Source: Nitrospinaceae bacterium (lineage in GTDB: Bacteria > Nitrospinota > Nitrospinia > Nitrospinales > Nitrospinaceae). From it: 64,000 nucleotides of DNA. Of this stretch, positions 10,807-20,924 are shown in pieces (the first letter of the stretch is position 1; each line of letters starts with the position of its first letter). Under the pieces are notes generated by a model that was not told the origin of the DNA, made no database searches, and saw only the letters and a list, made by a program, of their open reading frames with translations. The DNA lies in NCBI GenBank assembly GCA_965223665.1, contig OZ245011.1:2784001-2848000 (forward strand), in the 5' to 3' direction. Position numbers and translations under genes: made by a program.

Positions 10807-11427
10807 TTAGCCTTTTTTAGCTTTGTTCAATTTTTTTTCCATTTGCCTTAATAAATCAGAAAAATTCTTTTTTTTAAGAATTCTTCGAAATTGCGAACGC
10901 AAATTATTTCGCATACTCACCCCATCTAAAATAACATCTAGAACTAACCAACGATTCTTTTTTTGATGAAGAACAAAGTCAATTCCAACTTCTCCCTCTT
11001 CTTCGTGCATTACTTTTAAAGGAACTACCGTTTTCTCGTCTTTCGTTTCACTGGTTCCATAGTCAATTTTTAGTTTTTTAAAAAATTTTGCCGAATTCGG
11101 GAACGCCACATACATAAATAGTTCCCTTAACAAAGAAGTAAATTGTTTTTGATCCTTGGCATTTACCTTTTTCCAGTATTTTCCAAGCGATTTTTGGCTT
11201 ATCTGAGCCACATCTAAGAACTGAATGGCCTCCTCAAATATCTTTTTGTTTGTATTTCCTTCTTCTGTAGAAAGGACATCTCCCTGGACAGTCATTTTTA
11301 TTTTATCAATAAGTCGGTGAACCGAATCTTGAGCACTAATTTGATCTGCTAAAGTCGATTCACTCAAAATAATGAACAAAAATACACAAAAATTTATTAA
11401 AATTGGGACAAATCTAATTTGAGCCAT
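10807..11427 (-). CDS. MlaC/Ttg2D-family periplasmic phospholipid-binding protein
   Basis: Signal peptide; SLGKYW, WLVLDVILDGVSM..NLRSQF. Confidence 0.75.
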   Translation of the reverse strand: MAQIRFVPILINFCVFLFIILSESTLADQISAQDSVHRLIDKIKMTVQGDVLSTEEGNTNKKIFEEAIQFLDVAQISQKSLGKYWKKVNAKDQKQFTSLLRELFMYVAFPNSAKFFKKLKIDYGTSETKDEKTVVPLKVMHEEEGEVGIDFVLHQKKNRWLVLDVILDGVSMRNNLRSQFRRILKKKNFSDLLRQMEKKLNKAKKG

Positions 11428-11527
11428 CGCGGTTCGCTATTTTTTGATAAATGAAATGTTTATATTATACCGGAATTCTTAATGGAATCTTATAGGGATT
11501 ATTAGAATTAAATTTTTCTAAAATATC

Positions 11528-12307
11528 ATGATTAATGCTCGATTGAATAAATTTCAAACCATTTGTTTTTTTCAAATAGGGATTTTGGTTTTCACATTAC
11601 TGATTTCGACCCAATCAAGTCTGGCAGATAGCCCTGAAAAAAAATTTTCGTGTCATTTTTATGAGGGTGAAGATTCTGCCCATCAATTACAGTTAAGAGA
11701 AGAAATACTTTTAAATAAAGAACGTCCTTTTCCTGGAAAAAATAACCAAGACTATTGTGAATTAGCACATATCAATTATCGTTTAGCAAAAAAGGAAGGT
11801 TTCCCTAAGAAACAACTATTGGAACGCTGTATTACCTTTTCTCAAAAAGCTATTAATGAAAATTCTAAATCGGGACTGAGTTATTTTCTAAAAGGTTTAT
11901 GCTTAGGTAAGTTAGGGGAAATGAAAGGAATTTGGGCCAGTCTCCAAATCATAAATCCTTTTAAAGAAAATATGAAAAAAGCAATGTTATTATCGCCAAA
12001 GGTAGATCAAGGAGGGCCACATCGCGCTTTGGGAAAAATGTATTATGAGCTTCCATTTTTTTTAGGAGGAAGTATTTCAAAATCTATCTACCATTTGGAG
12101 CAAGCGGTCACCCTGGGTCCCCTCTATTGGGAAAATCACTATTTTCTCGGGCAATCCTATATTAAGAAAGGCCGATATCAAGAGGCACAACAGGCATTAA
12201 CAAAAGCAAAAAATCTCCACCCAAGCGACAACAATTCTTACAAAAAAAATACACAATTGGCTGAAATAAACGGTCTAATAAAAAGTATCGAACCCCACAT
12301 TCAATAA
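11528..12307 (+). CDS. exported TPR protein (possibly TatT-like)
   Basis: Signal peptide, TPR helices, GGPHRALG..YYELP..LGG. Confidence 0.6.
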   Translation: MINARLNKFQTICFFQIGILVFTLLISTQSSLADSPEKKFSCHFYEGEDSAHQLQLREEILLNKERPFPGKNNQDYCELAHINYRLAKKEGFPKKQLLERCITFSQKAINENSKSGLSYFLKGLCLGKLGEMKGIWASLQIINPFKENMKKAMLLSPKVDQGGPHRALGKMYYELPFFLGGSISKSIYHLEQAVTLGPLYWENHYFLGQSYIKKGRYQEAQQALTKAKNLHPSDNNSYKKNTQLAEINGLIKSIEPHIQ

Positions 12308-12317
12308 AACTTTCAAA

Positions 12318-14009
12318 ATGATTCAAGAATTAAGAATCGAGAATTTAGCAATTATTGACAACCTAACTGTCAGCTTCGGCAATGGACTCAATGTATTAAC
12401 TGGAGAAACAGGAGCCGGTAAATCCATTATTATGGATGCTTTAAATTTAATTTTAGGGGGAAGAGCTGATACCGATTTAATTCGATCTTCTAAAGACACT
12501 GCCTCTGTTCAGGCCTTAATTTGCATCACAAATCCAAAAACCACAGAAATGATCCGTGATCTTGGGATGGAAGTTGAAGATGACACAATTTTTATAAAAC
12601 GTACAGTTTCCTCAAAAGAAAAAAATCGAACTCTGTTAAACAATACAAATTTAACAGTTTCTACACTTGCTAAAATTGGAGAACGTCTTGTTGACATTCA
12701 TGGGCAACATGATCATCAAACCCTATTATATCCAGAATATCATGGTGACATTCTTGATGCTTATGGAAACCTTCAAGAAGAGCGGGACCAATTCAGGGAT
12801 CTTTTTAATCAATATCAAAAAAAATTGCAGACATTGAATCAAATTTTAAAACATCAGGGAGATCTTTTACAAAGACAAGATTTATTAAATTTTCAAATTC
12901 AGGAAATTGACCAAGCCAACCTGCAACCGGATGAAGAAGATAATTTAAGGACTGAAAAAAATAAGATGCAAAATGCTGAACAACTGAATGATTCCTTACG
13001 AAACGCTCTGGGTTTATTAGTAGAATCCGAAGGGGCTATCCTGGAACAATTAGGTCGTGTCCAAAATGATTTAAACCGTTTAATTGATCTAGATCCAAAA
13101 TTAAGCTCTCAATCACAAAGAGGTGAAAACGCTTTCTATGAAATAGAGGAGCTAGTAGAAGAATTAAGAGAATATGAAAAAGGAATCGAATTCAGTCCTG
13201 AACGTTTGGAAGAAATTGATGATAGGCTGGCAGAAATTAATGGATTAAAAAGGAAATACGGTAATAGTGTATCCATTATTTTGGAATATCGAGAACAAAT
13301 TGGAGAAGAGCTAAAAACTCTTACCCAAGGCGAAGAATCTTTGGATATCCTCAAAAAAGAAATTCAAGAGTTTGAAGAGGAGCTTTCTAAGCTTGCTATA
13401 AACTTAGCCAAAAAACGAAAAACAATTGCTAAAGATTTTAAATCAGTGGTGGAAAAAGAATTAAAAGACTTAAGCATGAAACATGTCCAATTTGGAGTCC
13501 GATTTGATTTTCCCGAAGATCCCAATGGATTTACTATCTTTAATAAAACCCCTGTAAAAACGCACGAAAAAGGAATTGGCTATTCCGAGTTTTTATTTTC
13601 TCCTAACCCTGGTGAGGACCTTCGGCCTTTAGCTAAAATCGCTTCTGGCGGGGAATTATCCAGAGTCATGTTGGCATTAAAGACCATATTAAACCATCAG
13701 GACTTAGTGCCTGTAATGGTTTTTGATGAAGTGGACTCGGGCATTAGCGGAAAAGTGGCTGAAAAAGTAGGACAAAAATTAAAATCTATTGCCAACGATA
13801 AACAAGTGTTTTGCATTACTCATCTCCCTCAAATTGCAGGATTCGCAAATTACCATTATCGAGTACAAAAAAAAGTTTCAGGAAAAAGAACTCAAACCGT
13901 AATTACAGAACTTAATATGGAGGAGCGTATTGAAGAAATTGCACGCATGTCCAGCGGGGAGAATATAACCGAAATCACCCTTCAATATGCTCGAGAAATG
14001 ATTAAATAA
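12318..14009 (+). CDS. recN: DNA repair protein RecN
   Basis: TGETGAGKS, IHGQH, coiled coil, ASGGELSR, FDEVDSG, ITHLPQ. Confidence 0.97.
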   Translation: MIQELRIENLAIIDNLTVSFGNGLNVLTGETGAGKSIIMDALNLILGGRADTDLIRSSKDTASVQALICITNPKTTEMIRDLGMEVEDDTIFIKRTVSSKEKNRTLLNNTNLTVSTLAKIGERLVDIHGQHDHQTLLYPEYHGDILDAYGNLQEERDQFRDLFNQYQKKLQTLNQILKHQGDLLQRQDLLNFQIQEIDQANLQPDEEDNLRTEKNKMQNAEQLNDSLRNALGLLVESEGAILEQLGRVQNDLNRLIDLDPKLSSQSQRGENAFYEIEELVEELREYEKGIEFSPERLEEIDDRLAEINGLKRKYGNSVSIILEYREQIGEELKTLTQGEESLDILKKEIQEFEEELSKLAINLAKKRKTIAKDFKSVVEKELKDLSMKHVQFGVRFDFPEDPNGFTIFNKTPVKTHEKGIGYSEFLFSPNPGEDLRPLAKIASGGELSRVMLALKTILNHQDLVPVMVFDEVDSGISGKVAEKVGQKLKSIANDKQVFCITHLPQIAGFANYHYRVQKKVSGKRTQTVITELNMEERIEEIARMSSGENITEITLQYAREMIK

Positions 14010-14015
14010 AACTAT

Positions 14016-14921
14016 ATGCATCTTCTATTTTTTTATTTATTCAAATTCAACCGTCTGTTCTTTTTCGCACTTACCTTATTCAGCTTATTCATTTCTGAAA
14101 ACTTAGTTGCAAAAACTATTTCAAGTAATGAAAACTCAAAAACCAATTCTGCTTCTAATTCTCTTCATTTAAATAAAAATTCTAGTGAACTAAAGGTTTC
14201 AAATTCAAGAGCGGAGGCATTGTTTTCATTGAATGTGGGAAAACGGGCCTTGAAGGCAGGTCATTATCAAATTGCAATCCAACATTTTAAGCGGGCGGTT
14301 CGTCTTTCATCAAATTTTGATTTAGCCCATTATCTGTTAGGCGAAACATATAGAATGATTGGTAAAAATGAATTAGCATTTAACTCCTTAACCAAATCTA
14401 TAAAGTTGAACAAAAATTTATGGGAAAGTCATTTTTCCCTGGGAAAGCTTTATGATCAAACCAACAAACCTGAATTAGCCATCCATCATTTATCTAAGGC
14501 TGTGAAAATTAATCCGGAGAATGTTGAAGGACATTTATTGTTAGGTGCTCTATTAGATAATTTTCAAAATTTTGAAGGTGCACTAAGTGAATATAAGAAG
14601 GTTGTGGAAATCTGGCCAGATGCTTATGAGGGATGGTTTAATTTGGGAAGGAGTTATGGCCAACTAGGGGATTATAAAAATGCTGTTGAAGCATTTCAAA
14701 AATCTCAAAACTTAAATCCCCAGCATCCTGATACAAGTTGGGGTTTGGGAATGGCTTATATTGGCCTGAATGAAATGCAAAAAGCTATGAGTTGGTTATT
14801 AAAAGCAGAAAAGCTTTTTAAAAAAAATAATCAGAACTACAATGCTAAATTAGTTGAAAAACAACTCGAACTAATCCAAAAAATAAATCTTACAAAAACT
14901 TTACCAAAAAAAAATAAATAA
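14016..14921 (+). CDS. exported TPR-repeat protein
   Basis: N-terminal hydrophobic segment, about 6 TPR repeats. Confidence 0.75.
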   Translation: MHLLFFYLFKFNRLFFFALTLFSLFISENLVAKTISSNENSKTNSASNSLHLNKNSSELKVSNSRAEALFSLNVGKRALKAGHYQIAIQHFKRAVRLSSNFDLAHYLLGETYRMIGKNELAFNSLTKSIKLNKNLWESHFSLGKLYDQTNKPELAIHHLSKAVKINPENVEGHLLLGALLDNFQNFEGALSEYKKVVEIWPDAYEGWFNLGRSYGQLGDYKNAVEAFQKSQNLNPQHPDTSWGLGMAYIGLNEMQKAMSWLLKAEKLFKKNNQNYNAKLVEKQLELIQKINLTKTLPKKNK

Positions 14922-14928
14922 TTCTTTT

Positions 14929-15681
14929 CTATTTTTTTCCGCTCCCAGCTTGTTGTGCTACTGCTTCTGCAGCTTTTTTTGCTGCTTCCGGATCACCGAG
15001 GTAATAATTTTTAATCGGGCTTAGTTCTTTATCCAATTCATAAACCAATGGAATGCCAGTAGGAATATTGAGTTCACTTATATCTTGATCACTAATACCA
15101 TCTAAATGCTTTACTAAGGCCCGCAAACTATTCCCATGAGCACAAATTAAAACTCGTTTTCCGGATTTTATTGTAGGAACAATTTCATCAAACCAAAAAG
15201 GAAGGAAACGACTTATTGTTTCTTTTAAAGATTCTGTAAAGGGAAGTTGATTCGTTTCAACATTAGAATATCTTGGATCTTTATGGGGTACCCCTTCATC
15301 ATTAATATTTAAAGAAGGGGGAGGGATATCAAAACTTCTTCGCCATATCTTAACTTGGTCAGCTCCATGTTTTTCGGCTGTTTCAGTTTTGTTCAGCCCT
15401 TGTAAGGCACCATAATGCCTTTCATTTAAACGCCAAGAACGGTGAACTGGAAGCCACATGAGATCCATTTCATCTAAGGTTATCCATAATGTTCGAATGG
15501 CTCTTTTTAATACTGAGGTATAGGCTATATCAAATGATAAATCAGCATCCAAAATCATTTGAGCCCCTGCTTTGGCTTCTTTTCGCCCCTGATCGGTTAA
15601 ATCGACATCTACCCATCCGGTAAACCGATTTTCTAAATTCCAAATACTTTGTCCATGCCGCATTAAAACCAATTTGTACAT
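14929..15681 (-). CDS. gpmA: 2,3-bisphosphoglycerate-dependent phosphoglycerate mutase
   Basis: [28 protein letters not shown]. Confidence 0.97.
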   Translation of the reverse strand: MYKLVLMRHGQSIWNLENRFTGWVDVDLTDQGRKEAKAGAQMILDADLSFDIAYTSVLKRAIRTLWITLDEMDLMWLPVHRSWRLNERHYGALQGLNKTETAEKHGADQVKIWRRSFDIPPPSLNINDEGVPHKDPRYSNVETNQLPFTESLKETISRFLPFWFDEIVPTIKSGKRVLICAHGNSLRALVKHLDGISDQDISELNIPTGIPLVYELDKELSPIKNYYLGDPEAAKKAAEAVAQQAGSGKK

Positions 15682-15773
15682 TATTTTTACCTCAGAAGTT
15701 TATTCACCCCAAAAATAAGGGGCAATTTTAACTTATTCCCCCCTAAAAGGCGACAGATAAACATGCACTCCTA

Positions 15774-15802
15774 TTGACCTTTAGAATTTGCATGCTTACC
15801 AT
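15774..15802 (+). promoter_or_regulatory. sigma70-type promoter of the HD-GYP gene
   Basis: TTGACC-17 nt-TACCAT. Confidence 0.45.
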
Positions 15803-15885
15803 AGAATTATAATACAGGTAAATTTATCACATTTACTTCTACCATTAAAAAAGTGATTTTTATTAAAAGGTGATTTAGATTTTTT

Positions 15886-16851
15886 ATGGCAGATTCGATT
15901 GCTCAATATTTTAAACCCATTGATCACAACTTCCTGGATAAAGAGTGGGAGCAGGGATTTGAAGTATTTTATCAAGCGGGTTCGGGAGATAAAATTCAAT
16001 ACTTGAAATTTGCCGATTACACCCCTAACGAATATTCTCGGTTGTACCAAATCATGGAAGAAAAAGATCGTCAGAACTTTTTTATCCATGAAAATGATTT
16101 ATACAGATATTACAAGGAATTGGTATTAAAAAAATTAGATTTGTATTTATATCAAGACAATCCTGTTAAAGAAAAAACAAAAAGGATTTATTCAGCCGCA
16201 AACCGAATTCTAAGTGATTATCTTGAAATAAAAACATCTGAAAAAATATTAACCTTGTTAGACGATCTACCTGTAAGTTTGGTCGAGATATTTAATGAAA
16301 CACCTCTATCCTTTCCTGAACTACACAGTATTGCCAATAAAGAAGGTTTTGTTCATACGCATTGTGTGAACGTTGGATTTTCTTGTCTGTCCATGGGATA
16401 TGTTTTAAAACTCCCTGAAAAAGAATTGTGCGATCTATTTTTAGGTGGGATGTTTTCTGACATAGGAAAAAAATTTATTTCTCAAGAAGTTTTAGAAAAA
16501 AAAGGACCATTAGTAGACGAAGATTTAAAAGCAATACGTAAACATTGTTCCTATGGAAGAAAAATTTTAAATGACACTAAACGATACTCGGAAATAGTAT
16601 TAAGGATGGTAGGTGAACATCATGAAAATTTTGATGGTACTGGTTATCCCTTTGGTTACGCAGGTGAAAAGATTTCTTTTCATGGGCGAATTTGCAAAAT
16701 AATGGATGTGTTCAATGCGCTCACCAGTAAACGATCTTACCGTGAAAGATTAAATCCGGTGCAAGCTTTATCTATCATGAAAAATGATATGGTGGGACAA
16801 TTTGACCAAAACTTATTAATGACCTTCCTAAACTCACTAGCTCATAAATAA
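15886..16851 (+). CDS. HD-GYP domain protein with degenerate HD motif
   Basis: HHENFDGTGYP and RSYR present; FSDIGK instead of LHDIGK. Confidence 0.88.
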   Translation: MADSIAQYFKPIDHNFLDKEWEQGFEVFYQAGSGDKIQYLKFADYTPNEYSRLYQIMEEKDRQNFFIHENDLYRYYKELVLKKLDLYLYQDNPVKEKTKRIYSAANRILSDYLEIKTSEKILTLLDDLPVSLVEIFNETPLSFPELHSIANKEGFVHTHCVNVGFSCLSMGYVLKLPEKELCDLFLGGMFSDIGKKFISQEVLEKKGPLVDEDLKAIRKHCSYGRKILNDTKRYSEIVLRMVGEHHENFDGTGYPFGYAGEKISFHGRICKIMDVFNALTSKRSYRERLNPVQALSIMKNDMVGQFDQNLLMTFLNSLAHK

Positions 16852-16855
16852 AGTT

Positions 16856-17428
16856 TCAACCTTTCGCATCTTTTTGTTCCATAAACATTCTACCGATGCG
16901 CTCTTCGGGTTCACTTGACACTTCTTCAAATAGCAATTGGCAAATTCGTGTTTTTTCAGGAGTGGCTTCTAAAATAAAGGGTCCATGATTAAAAATTTCC
17001 AAGGTTATTATTCCAAGCCCAGTCCCACAATGAATCATTGGGGCAGTCATATGAACTACCAAACCTAAACGGGCTAAACTACTTTTTCCTTCAACTCGAC
17101 CCGCTAAACAAGAACCTGCAGGAAATTGGACTTTCTCATATGTAGAAGTTAAATACACTTGCTGCGGTTTAATTTGGTATTTTCCTGAGTGGTCTTTTGG
17201 GACTTCGACCAAATTTTTTTTAGAAAATTGAGGGTAATTGTATTCTTCCAGATTGATTCGAAAGGGATCTTTTTGATTTGAGTTTAAATCAGGGTTCCAA
17301 ACCCACATGGGTTCTCCAATATGTAAATCGATTGAGGTGGTATCAATTGCATCTTTTGAAGGGGCAGGCTCAATCACAACTCGTCCTTCGTCTAACGCTT
17401 TTTGAATATCATTACCGCTCAAAATCAT
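16856..17428 (-). CDS. dcd: dCTP deaminase
   Basis: MILS, SIDL, GKSSLARLGL, ITLEIFN, RICQLLF. Confidence 0.88.
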   Translation of the reverse strand: MILSGNDIQKALDEGRVVIEPAPSKDAIDTTSIDLHIGEPMWVWNPDLNSNQKDPFRINLEEYNYPQFSKKNLVEVPKDHSGKYQIKPQQVYLTSTYEKVQFPAGSCLAGRVEGKSSLARLGLVVHMTAPMIHCGTGLGIITLEIFNHGPFILEATPEKTRICQLLFEEVSSEPEERIGRMFMEQKDAKG

Positions 17429-18230
17429 AGATTCAAAACCTCCTCAACCGTTTCAAGAAATACAGGTTTGCCATATCCTTTTTGTTTTGCATGAATTAAA
17501 TACTCAACGTTTCCCTTCTGTCCTTTAATTGGAGAGGAAGTCCATCCAGAAACGATCCAATCGCTAAATTCAATAAATTTATAAATATCCATTAAAACTT
17601 TTCTATGCTTACTTCGACTTAAAATGACACCTTTATTTTCAACCTCACCTTTTCCAACTTCGAATTGAGGTTTCACTAATCCAATTAAATCACTATTAGG
17701 ATGGAGTAGTTTAAAAACTGAAGGTAATATTAATTTCAAAGAGATAAATGAAACATCAATCACAGCTAAATCTATGGAATCACGATTAATATCTTCAGAA
17801 ACTAAGTACCTGGCATTTTTACGGTCCAAAACTACGACTCGACTATCAGACTGAATTTTCCAATCAAGCTGACCGTAACCTACATCAACAGAATAAACTT
17901 TTTTACCTCCATGTTGAAGTAAACAATCAGTAAACCCACCAGTTGATGCACCAATATCAAGAATTATCTTATTAGATGGATCGATTTGAAACGCACGGAG
18001 AGCATGCTCTAACTTTAAACCACCCCGACTTACATAAGGATTTGAATCTTCAAGTAAGGTAAGTTCAACAGATTCATCAACGAGCTTTCCAGGCTTATCT
18101 ATAGTAAGATCGCCTAACCTGATTCTGCCAGCTAATATCAGGCTTTGTGCTCTTTCACGGGAAGGAACAATTTTTTTTTTACAAGGAGTTGGTCAAGACG
18201 AATTTTTTTATTCTTCAGGTTCTTCTTCAT
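17425..18230 (-). pseudogene. tlyA: TlyA-family rRNA 2'-O-methyltransferase (S4 + FtsJ), frameshifted in an A10 run at 18171-18180
   Basis: MKKNLKNKKIRLDQLLV in one frame; IVPSRERAQSLILAG...YVSRGGLKL...DIGASTGGFTDCLLQ...DVGYGQL...DVSFISL...KPQFE in another; span 806 nt = 3n+2. Confidence 0.85.
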
Positions 18231-18456
18231 TTTCATCTACTGGAAATAATTCTGCAATGAGTTCGCCTTTTTTATTTTTTGTAAGTATTTCGATTTTCTT
18301 TTCGGCCTCATTTAATTTTTTTGAACAGACTCTGGACATTTTTATACCTTCCTCAAAAATTTGAAGAGACTTATCAATATCCAATTCTCCTTTTTCCAAT
18401 TCATTTACAATATTTTCTAACCGCCGCATTGCAGTCTCAAATTTTATTTCTGCCAT
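18208..18456 (-). CDS. xseB: exodeoxyribonuclease VII small subunit
   Basis: FETAMRRLE.IV..LE.G, FEEG; follows xseA. Confidence 0.95.
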   Translation of the reverse strand: MAEIKFETAMRRLENIVNELEKGELDIDKSLQIFEEGIKMSRVCSKKLNEAEKKIEILTKNKKGELIAELFPVDENEEEPEE

Positions 18457-18471
18457 AATAGATACTCCATA

Positions 18472-19851
18472 TTACTCAAAAGTTTCGTCAACTGTGCAGT
18501 TTAATTTTCCTTTGGACAATCTTATTTCCAAAGAGTCTGCTTTCTTAATCGCTTGACTCGTTTTTACAACTTTCCCGGTTTTTTTGTTTATTGCAATACT
18601 ATATCCTCTGTCCAATACCGAGAGTGGACTTAGAGAATTTAAATTTTGCGCTAATCCTTCAAATTGTTTTTGTGCTAGTTTCAGTTGCGATTGTATTTTC
18701 TGGACCATTCTATGGTTTAAATCTGTTTGTCTTTCTTTCCAATGAATTAAGTTTTTTTCAGGGCTGGCCTGAAGCAATTGATGAATCATATTTTTGAACT
18801 TTTGTTTTTGCATCGCCAATCCCTGGTCCAGTCCTCTAAACAATCTTTGAGAGAGTTCATCTAACCTTTGGGAAGGAGTTTCTAAAATTTGATGCGGTTC
18901 ACGGAAAAATCTACGATCCATCAAATAACGCAGTTGATCTCTGTAATCATCAATCATCCCCAATACATTTTCTAAAGATTGAATGGTTAAAGCTGCCAAA
19001 TCTTCTTCTATATCTTCCAGAAGAGGGACCGCTAATTCAATTGCCGCTGAAGGCGTGGGAGCACGTAAATCCGCAACAAAATCTGAAATGGTGTAATCAA
19101 TTTCATGACCAATTGCAGATACTACCGGCAATCGAGATTTATAAATAGCGCGAGCAACAATTTCTTCATTAAAAGCCCATAGATCCTCAATGGATCCACC
19201 TCCTCGGCCTATAATTATCAAATCTAAATCTTTAAACCGATTCATTTCTTGAATAGCATTAGCAATTTCCTCTGCCGCACCCTGTCCCTGGACCTTAACC
19301 GGATTTAATAAAACAGAAACTTTTGAGTTTCTTCTGTTCAGAACATTAATCATGTCTCGGATAGCAGCTCCAGTAGGTGAAGTGACTATACCGATTTTCC
19401 AAGGATACTCAGGAAGATCTTTCTTTTTTTCTTCATCGAATAAACCTTCCTTCGATAGTTTTTCCTTTAATTGCTCAAATGCTTTTTGTAGAGCTCCCAG
19501 GCCACGCGGTTCCATGGATTCCACAATCACCTGATAATCACCCCGAGCTTCATATACGGTGACCCGCCCTAACAAGACCACTTGGTCTCCATCTTGAGGA
19601 GTAAACTTTAAACCTGATTTTTGATTCCGAAATAAAACACAACGAATTTGTGCGTTATTATCTTTCAAAATAAAATAAGCATGTTGTGAAGCTGCAACGC
19701 GGAAATTGGATATCTCACCTTCGATCCATACGGTTTCAAAAGCTGCTTCTAAAATCGCTTTTACATCCCTTGTAACTTCAGAAACCGAATAAACATGAAA
19801 CTCCTCTTCATCCATACTTGGATTTTGGGTTGTTAAGTTTTTTGTGGGCAT
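18472..19851 (-). CDS. xseA: exodeoxyribonuclease VII large subunit
   Basis: GEISN, TSPTGAAIRD, RGGGSIEDLWAFN, GHEID, APTPSAA, LDRGYS. Confidence 0.96.
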   Translation of the reverse strand: MPTKNLTTQNPSMDEEEFHVYSVSEVTRDVKAILEAAFETVWIEGEISNFRVAASQHAYFILKDNNAQIRCVLFRNQKSGLKFTPQDGDQVVLLGRVTVYEARGDYQVIVESMEPRGLGALQKAFEQLKEKLSKEGLFDEEKKKDLPEYPWKIGIVTSPTGAAIRDMINVLNRRNSKVSVLLNPVKVQGQGAAEEIANAIQEMNRFKDLDLIIIGRGGGSIEDLWAFNEEIVARAIYKSRLPVVSAIGHEIDYTISDFVADLRAPTPSAAIELAVPLLEDIEEDLAALTIQSLENVLGMIDDYRDQLRYLMDRRFFREPHQILETPSQRLDELSQRLFRGLDQGLAMQKQKFKNMIHQLLQASPEKNLIHWKERQTDLNHRMVQKIQSQLKLAQKQFEGLAQNLNSLSPLSVLDRGYSIAINKKTGKVVKTSQAIKKADSLEIRLSKGKLNCTVDETFE

Positions 19852-19884
19852 TGAGCTTAAGAGTTATAAACTTTTATGTAATTA

Positions 19885-20736
19885 TTAATTTATTGAATTT
19901 GCCATTTTAAATGCGGATAGCGTATTTTGCATGAGCATTGCGATTGTCATAGGACCCACTCCTCCAGGGACGGGTGTTAAATACCCAGCTTTTTCAGCCA
20001 CCTCGTTAAAAGATACATCTCCAACAAGTTTATCATCTACTCGATTGATACCAACATCAATAACCACCGCGCCAGGTTTCACCATTTCGGCTGTAACAAA
20101 ATTGGGTTTACCAATTGCCGCTACTAAAATGTCAGCAGATTGAGCAATATTCTGCAAATTTTTGGTTCTAGAATGGCATATGGTAACGGTAGCATTTTGT
20201 TTTAAAAGTAAAAAAGCCATGGGTTTGCCAACAATATTGCTTCGTCCCAATATCACAGCATGTTTACCTTCAATATCAATGTTGTAAAATTTTAACATTT
20301 CCATAATCCCTGCAGGAGTACAAGGAGTTAGAGGATTACCACCTCCCGCTAAGTGACCAAAATTGATTGGATGAAATCCATCTACATCTTTTTGAGGATC
20401 AATAAATTCCAATACTTTTTGAGAATTTATTTGAGAAGGTAAAGGCAATTGCACCAATATTCCGTTAACTGAGTTATTTTGATTCAGGGTTAGGATTATA
20501 TCCAACAATTCTTTCTCGGATGTATTTTCTGAGAGATGGTGAGAAAAGGATTCAAAACCCAACTTTTCACAAGTTTTGTTTTTGTTTCTGACGTAAACTG
20601 CAGATGCAGGGTCTTCACCTACAAGAACCACAGCCAATCCAGGAACTTTACCTGTATTTGATTTCAATTTTTCCACTTCCGCAGCGATTTTTGCCTTTAT
20701 CTCTGCAGATACTTTTTTTCCATCAATTAGAGTCAT
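19885..20736 (-). CDS. folD: methylenetetrahydrofolate dehydrogenase/cyclohydrolase
   Basis: YVRNK, LVQLPLP, KDVDGFHP, PCTP, GRSNIVGKP, TPVPGGVGPMT. Confidence 0.97.
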   Translation of the reverse strand: MTLIDGKKVSAEIKAKIAAEVEKLKSNTGKVPGLAVVLVGEDPASAVYVRNKNKTCEKLGFESFSHHLSENTSEKELLDIILTLNQNNSVNGILVQLPLPSQINSQKVLEFIDPQKDVDGFHPINFGHLAGGGNPLTPCTPAGIMEMLKFYNIDIEGKHAVILGRSNIVGKPMAFLLLKQNATVTICHSRTKNLQNIAQSADILVAAIGKPNFVTAEMVKPGAVVIDVGINRVDDKLVGDVSFNEVAEKAGYLTPVPGGVGPMTIAMLMQNTLSAFKMANSIN

Positions 20737-20924
20737 CTAAACCTCGAAGCCGATTAACAATAGTTGCTAAATAGCACTTAATTGAAGGCTCATATTACCA
20801 GAACCGTAAACAAAAAGAAGGTAGATTTTAAACTCAAAAAGTTTTAATAAATGAAAATCTATAACATTATAGGGATCAGTAGCTTGGTAGGTTTAAACCA
20901 ACATTTGAAATTTGAAAGGACAAA

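Noticed and set aside
17425-17829. 134-aa ORF as a stand-alone gene
   Set aside because: It is the C-terminal half of the frameshifted tlyA
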